A DNA stretch of 64,000 bases. Source: Camelus dromedarius. Taxonomy: Eukaryota. The position numbers and the translations under genes are program-made. Position 1 is the first letter of the stretch. Each line of letters begins with the position of its first letter. This document shows positions 38,590 to 50,060 of the stretch, piece by piece. The DNA is taken from contig NC_087437.1 in NCBI RefSeq assembly GCF_036321535.1, positions 42,348,001 through 42,412,000 on the forward strand, in the 5' to 3' direction. The notes under the pieces are model-generated. The model saw only the letters and a list, made by a program, of their open reading frames with translations. It ran no database searches and was not told where the DNA came from.

Positions 38590-40102
38590 CAAAGCTGCCT
38601 GGACAGAGGAGGCTCATTTTGTGCAGGAGCTCCGGTCACAGGCCTGCCCTCTCCCACTTCCTCCAGCCTCTCCCCAGGGTGGCCTACTTTCCTTCCCTGC
38701 AGCTGGGCCTCCGCAGGAGCCATCCCTCACCTTTGCCACCCCTCCAACACCACAGACTCAGGCAACAAGGGACCCTTGGAGCCAGGCCAGGCGGCAGCGG
38801 AAGAGGTGGTGGTGGAGCGCCCAGTGCACAGTGGAGACTGAGGGTGCACGAGTCACTTGGCAGAGGAGTCCCAGTCCCTGGAAGAGAATGTACCAAAGCC
38901 TAAAAAATGGCTCTTGTGAGAGCCTGACTTGCTCTGTGAAAAACGGAGTCCTTGCCCTCAAAAAGCTGCAGAAGCAACGAGTCAGAAAGAAGCAAAATTT
39001 GAAGGGATTTCAGTCTTTTGGGAACAAGTATAATGGCATCTACAAGGCCTTAATTGCCAAGGTCCATGAGCGCACAGGCGAGGTGGAGAGAGACGCAAAG
39101 AACTTAGAGACTGAGAACTTGTGGACAAAGAGGTGGGAAAAGGAGGAGGAAGAGGACAACGATGAGGTGTATCTAATGGTCAGGATGCCCAGTCTGAAGT
39201 GTCTGATGATGTAGAGAAATAAGAAGGGGCAGAGGCTGAAGAGGAGGAAGAAAACTAAGGGGAAAAACAAAAAACAAAAAACAAAACCTAAACATTTTAA
39301 AACATTGGTAGACTTTAAAAAGACCAGATTTTTCATTAAAATACAATGTGAACCTGTTTTGACATTCCTAAAATATATGAAATAGAAGCAGTCAGATCCT
39401 GGCCAGCCCCTTAGGTTTAAATTTGACTTTCATTTGAACACAGTAACTATACCCAAAGGTGTAGAAGAAGAGTTACACTTGAGATCACTTTTTCATGATC
39501 TCTTCTGGAAGGATTAGAAATTGAGGCTTATAAAGATTGTCAAGTAGGTATAAAGATTTTCATTTTGAAACCCATTCGTCATAATAGCACACTACACAGG
39601 AAACACCAAGCCAAAACTGAACGTTTTCGATGCCTAATTCCTCAACCCCTTCATCCCTGAATTTCCTAGTGCAGAAAAAGCAGAATCCAAGAAAAATTGT
39701 TATCTTTTGTAATCATGAGATCATCAGCTGTACAATTTGGAAGAGAGTGATAGATGCAAAGAAGTCTGTGTTGGATGGAGATCAGGATATTACTGTTAAT
39801 GAGGCCAGGAAAACCACCAATCCAAGTGTGTGCCCACACCCCCAGCTCAGAAGTAGCCAAGATTTAAGTTTGCTTGCATTAGCTGTGCCTTCATTATTTT
39901 GCTGTGTAAATATAGAATGGTGGGTAGTCAAATTTTTGCTCAAGGATAGACACAGCAGCTAAGGATTTTCAAGAAGAACGCATTTCACATGAGATGTTTA
40001 GCTTTTTTGTGGGTTTTGAATTATGCGTGACTCAGCAATTTACTAAAAAAAAAAAAGGTAATTTTTTTACCACTGTGGTATTAAGAAAACAGTATTATCA
40101 AA
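38590..40102 (+). pseudogene. Processed NAP1L5-like pseudogene (5'UTR, decayed CDS 38749-39222, 3'UTR), antisense in NCEH1 intron 1
   Basis: Joined frames read TTDSGNKGPLEPGQAAAEEVVVERPVHSGD*GCTSHLAEESQSLEENVPKPK/NGSCESLTCSVKNGVLALKKLQKQ..EAKF..GFQSFGNKYNGIYKALIAKVHERTGEVE..acidic tract..GQDAQSEVSDDVEK*. This is colinear with NAP1L5 as I recall it (MADSENQGPAEPSQ...ENAPKPKNDFIESLPNSVKCRVLALKKLQKRCDKIEAKFDKEFQALEKKYNDIYKPLLAKIQELTGEMEG...HDDAHAEMPDDAKK). The ATG is replaced by ACC, there is a TGA at 38839, and there are several frameshifts. Outer boundaries are approximate. Confidence 0.88.
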
Positions 40103-43100
40103 CATTTTCCTCCTCTCTTACCGTGTACTGGATAAATAAGGTGACTAAGCAATTTTCTTTCCATTAATGCTTCACTGAAAGTTACCACTTTATCATTCTT
40201 TTATAATATAAAATGCATAGAATCATTAAGTAAAAATGAATTAGGGAGTGCATGTTTGCAGGCAATAGTTCTTTGAAGCTAGACACCCATTATCACAGGC
40301 GATAAGGATAACAACAATGCATTTGTCCATGGCTTCTTCTCCAGCACATTACCTGGCATTCAGTATGTGTGCAACAAACACTCGTGGAAAGCATGGGTGT
40401 CCACCACCACACTTAGAAATGTATATTTAATCCTTAACAAAGAACTACACTGGTGCTTCCCATATATCTGAAACTATTTACCAAGACATGCATTATCATG
40501 TCTCATAATTGTGAAATTACTAAAGCTAATTTTACCTTAGCAAACACCCAAAAAAATCAAATCTAGAAAATGTCACAAGACTACAAACAGACAAAAATTG
40601 GAAATGGCTCACTAAAGTGCAATTATCTGGACACTCTACTAACCAAAAAAAAAAAAAAAAAAAATCAGGATGGAAGTTAATCAAGTAAATCAATTCCTCA
40701 GAAGAATTAATGGTAACTCAGTTTAGTTCAAATGACTAGTCGGTTTAGCTGGGAAATTAAGCCACACTAATATAAAAAAGCCAACTGAACAGATACCATC
40801 TAGTCTATGTGCAATTCTGCAGAGAAACCCCAGTAGCTGGACCTCATAGTTTCATAGAGTACCATTAAAGACCCATCCCTGTGGTGCTTAGAATGGGCCT
40901 CTTGTGACCTAATTCTCTCTAATCTATGTCTCAGCCCTCATTTCTTCATACATCTTTCCTCATCAAATCCCTTTCTGAAGGGCTCAATCCCAACTAACTT
41001 AAACTAGATGCCAATAAAGTCATATAATTTTAAAACCTTAAAAGTCTGTGCATATAGACTGTCTTCTCTGAAAGTTAAGGAAACTGATGCCTGGAGAGGT
41101 GGGGTGACAAGTTCCAAATCATCCAGTTACCAATGTGTTTAGACTACAATTCAGGTCACAGAGTCCTAGCCCCAGGTTCTTTTACTACGAATCTATGAAA
41201 AAAAGTTTCATTTTATCTCAGAATGTTTCTGTGACCCTAAGCTTTCTTTCTCTTTCCCTTCATAGCAAAATTGCTTAACTCTATACTTATTTTGTTGTTT
41301 TAATTCCATCCTCCCACTTAACTGTTCCATCTGCCTCCCAGATCCCTTAGCTAGAACATCCATGTTTCAACAACGTTGCTCTAAATCCTTACCATCTGCA
41401 ATCTTTTCAGAAGTGTTCGATGACCCGATCCCTGAGCTCTCTTTGACACGTCTGGCTTTCCAGGCTTTTGTTGCCTCTTTACATACTTAGAATATGAGCA
41501 TATTAGATCTGACAAGAAAACTACACAGCAGCTTTTCCCAAACTGATTTCTATGTAACAGCAGTTTGAGGAGATAATTTTGCACAGAGGACAGACAGTGA
41601 AAAGTTCTGTGATTAACTAAGCTTGGGATATGGTGCATATCAATTCTTCTCTCAAGAGATTCACAATGCACATCAGGTTTTTAAAGACACTGACAAGTCC
41701 CAGTAGTAAACGAGAAATTTATTTAACTCTGCTTAGTCTTTCATCTTTTCACATCTATTAAAATCCCTTAAAACTGATTTGGGAAGACCTTGCCTAGTCC
41801 AGCCCTCTTGTTTTACAAATCAAAGCTGAAACCGCATTTGGATGATTTACCAGTGTCTTACTCTATTTTGGGGCCAGAGCCAGAGCTCCAAACCAGCTCT
41901 GAATCCCAGGCCAGGGCCTACTCCTTTAAGTGTTATTTCCCCTCTGCTGGATCCAATTCTTTCTGGTCTTCAGTACACTCAATATGCTTTGTCCCAGGAT
42001 GTTCCCGGGACTACAAATGTTCATGCAGTGTATGACTTTGAAGGGAGGTGAGAAGGGTGGATGCTGGATATTATTTCAGCTTGATCCTACCTCCATTCAA
42101 CATAAGCCTGCGCTGGGTTTCCTCAGTTATACAACTTCTATGCAACACTACACACTGGGACACGGGCATGCAAAGCCATCCTAAGGATCCTTCTCAGGGG
42201 TTCCAGGGAATTAGAAGAACAAGTCCAGAGCAAAATGTCCTGGAGGAGATTTGAGGGTGAGACTCTCCAGATGAGGGCCTTAGTTAGGTGAAAGGATCAG
42301 GAGAACATGGGCTGTTTAAAAAATTTGCTAGTACAGTCCAAACTGCCCTTCCTTCCTCTCTAGGCTTCCTTTTTGTTTTCTCCAAGTTTTCCCAGCTGAT
42401 TCTAGAGAGCTTACCTGGCCAAGAATCAAGGTCTCCTCTCCATTTTACCTTGGAGGAGGGAGGGCTAGGAAGCAGTAACACAAAGAAGGAGTTTTGAGAA
42501 AGTGGAAAACATGCTTTGCATAAAGGGAGGTGTGCCAAGTGTTTGCACAAACTGCTTGCTGCCTTTGGTGTGGGTATTTCTAGAACAATTGTGGAGTGAA
42601 TAGTCAATGATGGGAAGAATTAAAGGATGAATGTCAGATAGTATTCACGGATGAGGGGCAGTCCATACTCTGATAAACAGCTCCTTTATCCAACCAAACT
42701 CACAGGCTTACCTACTTACAGTTCCCCAAAATGCTCATTCTTATCAACTTGCTTTTGTTCATATTTTACATTCTTTTCATCTTCCCTCCCCTTCCCCTAG
42801 CCTCCCTGCAATGCTATTCTGACTCACCATTCAAAGTACAGCTTTGATCTTAACCCTCTCAAGGTCATTCAGTCCTTCTCTGAGTTTACAGTTCGTTAAC
42901 TACATTGCCCATCTGAAAATTACCCATGTACTTACCGCCTCCTGACATGTCTAGGTTTATACTCCTGTATTACTTTACTGGCTATGCAATTAAATCTCAT
43001 TTCCCCAAATAGATTCTGAACCATTCAAGCACAGGAACCATTTGGAACACTTGTGCAAAATGAAAATTGTTCAATAAATATTTGCCAATTACATGAAACA

Positions 43101-43125
43101 TTAAGTGAGTTTTAGCTGTAGAACA

Positions 43126-43455
43126 CAGGTCATAAACTCATGTCTTCAGGGGCCAGAGCAGCTCATGCATATAGGTAAAATAGGTATAATACATCAGGGA
43201 GTGGAGAGGCTTGTGGAAAACTGGAAAAACAATGTCCTGAATAAGGAAGAAGCTGTGGTGCTCCCCAGGTGATCGTATGATGTGGAAATTCTGGCCCAGT
43301 GTTGTCAGATGATCTGATTTTTCAAAAGAAGCAGGGATACTAGATTGTGTGAGCTATTTCAAATTTCAGGTATTGGCAATGAATTTTTAGATGTTTAATA
43401 TGCAGTGTGGGCCATAAATAATGTATCTACACATCAATCTCTAGCTCTCAAGCTT
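43126..43455. mobile_element. MER102-like hAT element
   Basis: aaactca..caggggccag..ggcccagtgttgtcagatgatctgattttttcaaaagaagc..gtgggcca. Confidence 0.6.
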
Positions 43456-43748
43456 GTTCTATGAAAGTTAGATCCTTTTTTTTCAAACAGACAATATGCA
43501 AAATTGACAGTATTCTATCCCCAAACCTGGACAATAATAAATAAAGCCAATACATAAAATTAGAAATATATGACTTTTTGGGTTTCGTTTTACATTTTAA
43601 ATTACCATGATGCACAGAAGTAGTTTAATTAGAGAGCAATGACAATGGATATTGGGATTATGGAGAGTCTAATGGGAGTTACGGGTCCTCCCAAAGACTG
43701 CACAGGCTGATGCATTTGTTTCTTTTTAAAAAATTCTTTTCCCTTAAA

Positions 43749-45514
43749 GATGTCCCATGCTCTTGAATTGGAAGAATTAATATTGTTAAAATGTCCATAC
43801 TACCCAAAGCAATCTATAGATTTAATGTGAGCCCTATCAAAATACCTAAGACATTTTTCACAGAACTAGAATAATCCTAAAATTGATAATGGAACCACAA
43901 AAGATCCAGAATTGCCAAAGCAATGCTGAGGAAAAGAGCAAAACTGGAGGCATAACCCTCCCACACTGCAGACAAAACTACAGAGCTACAGTAATCAGAA
44001 CAGCATGGTATTGGCATAAAAACAGACATATGGATCAATGGGACAGAATAGAGAGCCCAGAAATAAACTTACACACCAATAGTCAATTAATTCACAACAA
44101 AGAAGGCAATAATATACAACGGAGAAAAAGTCTCTTCAGCAAGTGGTGGTGGGAAAGTTGGACACCTACATGTAAATCAACAAAATTAGAATACACCCTC
44201 ACACCATATATAAAAGTAAACTTAGAATGGTTTAAAGACCTAAATATAAGACATGATACCATAAAACTCCTAGAAGAGAACACAGGTAAAACATTCTCTG
44301 ACATAAAGTGTAGCAATATTTTCTTAGATTATCTCCCAAGGCAAAAGAAATAAAAGCAAAAATAAGTAAATGGTACCTAATCAAACTTAAAAGCTTTTGG
44401 ATAGCAAAGGAAACCATAAACAAAATGAAAAGACAACCTACAGACTGGGAGAAAATATTTGCAAATGATGCAAACAACAAGGGCTTAATTTCCAAAATAT
44501 ACAAACAGCTCATACAACTCATTATCAAAAAAACAAATAACCTAACCAAAAAAATGGGCAGAAGACCTAAATAGACATTTCTCCAAAGAAGACATCCAGA
44601 TGGCCAACAGGAGCACAAAAAGATGTGCAAAAATCACTCTTAGAGAAATGCAAATGAAACCTACAGTGAGGTATCACCTCACACAGGTCAGAATAGCTAT
44701 CATCAAAAGGTCTACACATAATAAATGCTAGAGAGGGTGTGGAGAAAAGGGAACCCTCTTAAACTGTTGGTGGGAATGTAAATTGATGCAGCCACTATGG
44801 GAAACAGTATGGATGTCTTTAACTAAAAAGAGAGTTACCATACCGTCCAGCAACCCCAGTCCTGGGCATATATCCCCAAAAGACACAAACTCTAATTTGA
44901 AAAGATACATGGCACTCAATGTTCATAGCAGCACTATTTATAATAGCCAAGACATGGAAAAAACCCATGTGCCCATCAACAGAAGATGTATGTATATATA
45001 TACATATATACACACACATATATATGTGTATATACACACAATGGAATATTACTCAGCCATAAAAGAGTGAAATGTTGCCTTTACAGCAACATGGATGGAC
45101 CTAGAAAATATAATACTAAGTGAAGTAAGTCAGACAGGTAAATATTATATGATATCACATATATGGAATCTAAAAAATAATACAAATGAATCATATACAA
45201 ACTAGAAAGACTCACAAACATAGAAAACAAACTTATGGCTACCAAAGGGGAAGGCGAGGAAGGGAAGGGATAAATTAGGAGTATGAGATTAACAGATACA
45301 AACTACTATACATAAAACAGATAAGCAACAAGAATTTACTGTATAACAAAGGGAACTGTATTCAATTTCTTATAATAACCTATAATAGAAAATAATTCAG
45401 ATTTATATATTTATACATATATATATACACACAAACACACACACATATACACGAATCACTTTGCTGTATACCTGAAACTAACACAATGTTGTAAATCAAC
45501 CATACTTCAATTTA
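43749..45514 (+). mobile_element. 5'-truncated L1 (ORF2 3' part + 3'UTR), older subfamily
   Basis: ORF2 peptides GGITLP..YRATVIRTAWYWHKNRH, with frameshifts. TSD aaaaaatt(c/a)ttttcccttaaa at 43728-43748 and 45515-45535. TTTT/AAAA endonuclease site. Confidence 0.95.
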
Positions 45515-45738
45515 AAAAAATTATTTTCCCTTAAAAACACACAGATTTTGTTTTCCTTGATTTGCCTATTGTCTTGTTAGAAGCAATTATGATCGTTCTT
45601 GGAGATCACAAAAGAAATGGGATAAAGACTAATTTTTATGAGATAATTAACTGGTTAGAGAAAGAAAATAAAAGGAAAATGTGTTAAAGAGACTATAATA
45701 TGATATGATATGATATATGAATATGAAAGAAGGTCCAA

Positions 45739-46527
45739 CTGATTCTTGAACATTAGTCTTGTAACCTGCTATCTTGCTGAATTCTTTGATTAGTTCTAGT
45801 AGTTTTTGTGTGGAGCTTTTAGGGTTTTCTATATATAGTACCATGTCATCGGCATATACTGACACTTTTACCTCTTCTTTTCCTATTTGGATCCCTTTTA
45901 TTTCTCTCTCTTGCCTGATTGCTGTGGCTAGGACTTCCAAGACTATGTTGAATAGGAGTGGTGATAGTGGGCAGCCTTGTCTTGTCCCAGATTTTAGTGG
46001 GAAGCTTTTGAGAGTTTTTCACCGTTGAGTACTGTGCTGGCTGTAGGTCTGTCATATATAGCTTTTATTATGTTGAGATATGTTCCCTCTATACCCACTT
46101 CGGTGAGAGTTTTTATCATAAATGGGTGTTGAATTTTATCAAATGCTTTTTCTGCATCTATTGAGATGATCGTGTGGTTTTTGTCCTTTCTCTTGTTGAT
46201 GTGATGTATTGCATTGATTGATTTGCATATGTTGAACCACCCTTGTGATCCTGGGATGAACCCCACTTGACTGTGATGTATAATCTTTTTTATGTGCTGT
46301 TGGATTCTATTTGCTGATATTTTGGTAAGGATTTTTGCATCTATGTTCATCAGTGATATTGGTCTGTAATTCTCTTTTTTGGTTTGGTATCAGGGTGATG
46401 GTGGCTTCACAGAATGAATTTGGGAGTATTCCCTCCATTTCAATCTTCTGGAAGAATTTGAGAAGGACTAGTATGAGTTCTTCCTTGTATTTTTCGGAGA
46501 ATTCCCCGGTGAAGCCGTCCAGTCCTG
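45739..46527 (-). mobile_element. Inverted 5' segment of second L1 (ORF2 RT domain, includes YADDM)
   Basis: Minus-strand ORFs [24 protein letters not shown]...[14 protein letters not shown] and [15 protein letters not shown]. Confidence 0.95.
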
Positions 46528-48463
46528 AGGATTAACGTTCAAAAATCAGTTGCACTTCTTTACACTAACGATGAATCAACAGAAAAAGAAAGTAAAGAAA
46601 CAATCCCCTTTAAAACAGCACCCACAGTAATAAAATACCTAGGAACCAAGGAAGTGAAAGACTTATACATGGAAAAGTATAAAACATTGATGAAGGAAAT
46701 TAAAGAAGACTTAAAAAAATGGAAAGATATCCCATGCTCCTGGATTGGAAGAATCAATATTGTTAAAATAGTCACACTGCCCAAGGCAATCTACAGATTG
46801 AATGCAACCCCTATCAAATTACCCAGGACATATTTCGCAGAACTAGAACAAATCATAATAAAATTTATATGGAACTATAAAAGACCTAGAATTGCCAAAG
46901 CATTACTGAAGAAAAAGAAAGAGGCTGGAGGAATAACTCTCCAAGACTTCAGACAATACTATAGACCTACAGTAATCAAGACAGCATGGTATTGGTACAA
47001 AAACAGACATACGCACCAATGGAACAGAACAGAGAGCCCAGAAATGAACCCACAAACTTCTGGTCAACTAATCTTTGACAAAGGAGGCAAGAGTATACAA
47101 TGGAATAAAGACAGTCTCTTCAGCAAATAGTGTTGGGAAAACTGGACAGCAGCGTGTAAATCAATGAAGTTAGAACACTCCCTTACACCATACACAAAAA
47201 TAAACTCAGAATGGATCAAGGACTTAAACATAAGACAAGATACAATAAACCTCCTAGAAGAAAATATAGGCAAAACATTATCTGACATACATCTCAAAAA
47301 TATTCTCCTAGGGCAGTCTACCCATGCAATAGAAATAAAAGCAAGAATAAACAAATGGAACCTAGTTAAACTTACAAGCTTCTGCACAGCAAAGGAAACT
47401 GTAAGTAACAAAACGACAACCTACGGAATGGGAGAAAATTTTTGCAAACGATGAAACCAAAAAAGGCTTGATCTCCAGAATATATAAACAGCTCATATGA
47501 CATAAGAAGAAAAAAACAAACAACCCAATCCAAAAATGGGCAAAAGACCTAAACAAGCAATTCTCTAAGGAAGACATACAAATGATCAATAGGCACATGA
47601 AAAAATGCTCAATATCACTAATTATCAGAGAAATGCAAATCAAAACTACAATGAGGTATCACCTCACACCAGTCAGAATGGCTATCATTCAAAAGTCCAC
47701 AAATGACAACTTTTTGAGAGGCTGTGGTGAAAAGGGAACACTCCTAGACTGCTGGTGGGAATGCAGTTTGGTGCAGCCACTGTGGAAAACAGTATGGAGA
47801 TTCCTCAAAAGACTAGGAATAGACTTACCATATGACCCAGGAATCTCGCTCTTGTGCATATATCCAGAAGGAACCCTACTTCAAAATGACACCTGCATCC
47901 CAATGTCCATAGCAGCACTATTTACAATAGCCAAGACATGGAAACAGTCTAAATGTCCATCAGCAGATGACTGGATAAAGAATATGAGGTATATTTATAC
48001 AATGGAATACTATTTAGCCATAAAAACTGACAACATAACGCCATTTGCAGCAAAATGGATGTTCCTGGAGAATGTCATTCTAAGTGAAGTAAGCTAGAAA
48101 GAGAAAGAAAAATACCATATGAAATCACTCATATGTGGAATCTTAAAAAAAAAAAAGAACATAAATACAAAACAGAAACAGACTCATAGACATAGAATAC
48201 AAACTTGTGGTTGCCAAGGGGACGGGGTGTGGAAAGAAGCAGACTGGGATTTCAAAATTTGTAGATACTGACAGGCATATACAGAACAGATACACAAGAT
48301 TATACTGTATAGCACAGGGAAATAAACACAAGATCTTGTAACTCACAGTGAAAAAAATGTGACAATATAGGTATGTTCATGTAGAACTGAAAAATTGTGC
48401 TTTACACTGGAATTTGATACATTGTAAAATGACTATAACTCAATAAAAAAATGTTAAAAAAAA
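46528..48463 (+). mobile_element. Sense 3' segment of second L1 (ORF2 C-terminus, 3'UTR, AATAAA 48442-48447, poly(A))
   Basis: ORF2 peptides [17 protein letters not shown]...[20 protein letters not shown] perfect 13-bp TSD aaagaaggtccaa (45726-45738 and 48464-48476) brackets both segments. Confidence 0.95.
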
Positions 48464-49559
48464 AAAGAAGGTCCAAGATGCCTAAATGCTACCTCCTTCC
48501 TCAGCCCCCACTCCCACCCCAAGGACACCAGGAAGTGGGCTGTTTATAACCGGGTGTTATAATGACAAGTGCTATCACCAAGACTGTGCTGAAGGTCACT
48601 GGCCCTTCTCCTTGAAATTGACAGACGTGTCAAACACTTGGTGGTAACCCATAGGTGCTCAAGCAGGAGTGGAAGCTGACAGTCCTCACACAAACTGAAA
48701 AATAAAGTAACTTCCACAGCATGTAAATGTCTTAACCTTTGCAAAGAGGTAGGGGGTTCACATGTGTGTTCCAACTGACTAAAAATATTGACTAAGCTAT
48801 TTTTCTACAACGACTTTCAGAGACTTTGGGCACTCCTTTGTATATACCCTTAAAGAGGACAAATCCTGTTTCCTTGAAGTTGGATTTGATTCCTGGAAAA
48901 GCCATTGTTCCTCTAGATAACAAGGTGTGTGATGAAGCTGGGGACCACATTTTGTTCATAAACAAGATGAGACTATAAAGCAGTGAGGCTGATGTTCGTG
49001 TGTATCTCATGCAATGGCTTGGAATGAAATTTCTAAAAAAAAAACTGTTTTAGAAAAGTTCTGAGTACTAGCAACAGCATCATCATTAGGTTAAAGCTTA
49101 GAGGAAGACACCTGGAGGAACAGGTACTCTGCTAACAAGCCCCTATTTTTGCCTTTGCAGAGTAGTCTAGCAGATTGGAAGGAACAAGGGATTGAAATAA
49201 AAGACCAGGTGGACACCCCTTCTTAGCTGCTTACCAGCTGTATAAGTTTTGCAAAAATGTTTTACCTCTCAAGTATTTTTTTAAATGAAATTTTCTTTAA
49301 GTGTAAGAATATACAGTGTGAGAGCAAGAATTACGCTTGTTTACTACTTTTTCCCCAGAACTGATATAAAGTATATATATAATAAGTAGTCATTGAAGGA
49401 ATGAGCAAATATTTGAATGCCAACTGTTTTCAAAGAAACAAGGTATCCATTTAAGCTATTAAATTAATAAGCTTAGAAAGTCAATTACACTAGTTCATGC
49501 TGGAAAGAATATAGCACAATCAGCACTCCCTCATATTGCTATTAATCATACAAATAGGA

Positions 49560-50060
49560 AAATAACTTGGAAATAAGAAACAGGATCTGCAAAAATATTT
49601 ATACTCTTTGATCTAGTGGTTCTAATTTGGAGGAATCTCTTAGGGTAAAATCTTGAAAGCAAAAAAGATTATAGACACAAATATATTTTCAGTGTAACAT
49701 TACCTATAATTGCAAGAAACTAAACAGTCTAAGGTTTCGGCAATAGGGGAATAGTTATGTTAAAAATGGCACCTGCTCTTTGATACATCCATTACAAAGA
49801 GAAAGGAATACCATGCAGGAATAATGTGGTATATCCTTCTGGTACAATGACAAGTAAAATAATTTGTGTATAAAATTGTATGTACAATATGACAGCTAAC
49901 AAAAGACAGACAACATATACACAAAAAGAAGAGATTGAAAGGAAATACAACAAAAAGCAAATGATGACTGTGTTATGGTGAGACTGTAGGTAAATTCTTC
50001 TGTTTTCTACGTTTTCTATAGCATCATTATGTACCTGTTATGGTATTTAAAAAATAATTC
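49560..50060 (+). mobile_element. Ancient L1 (L1M-type) 3' remnant; a similar antisense remnant lies at ~60640-61320
   Basis: atactctttgatctagtggttctaatttggaggaatct..taattgcaagaaactaaacagtctaa..caataggggaatagtt. Confidence 0.5.

Noticed and set aside
38621..39214. 197-aa ORF as an intact novel gene
   Set aside because: It starts at GTG, and the first ~90 codons are UTR or the wrong frame of the NAP1L5-like pseudogene.
43883..48097. Active reverse transcriptase or novel RT system
   Set aside because: Ordinary 5'-truncated L1 ORF2 with stops, frameshifts and small deletions.
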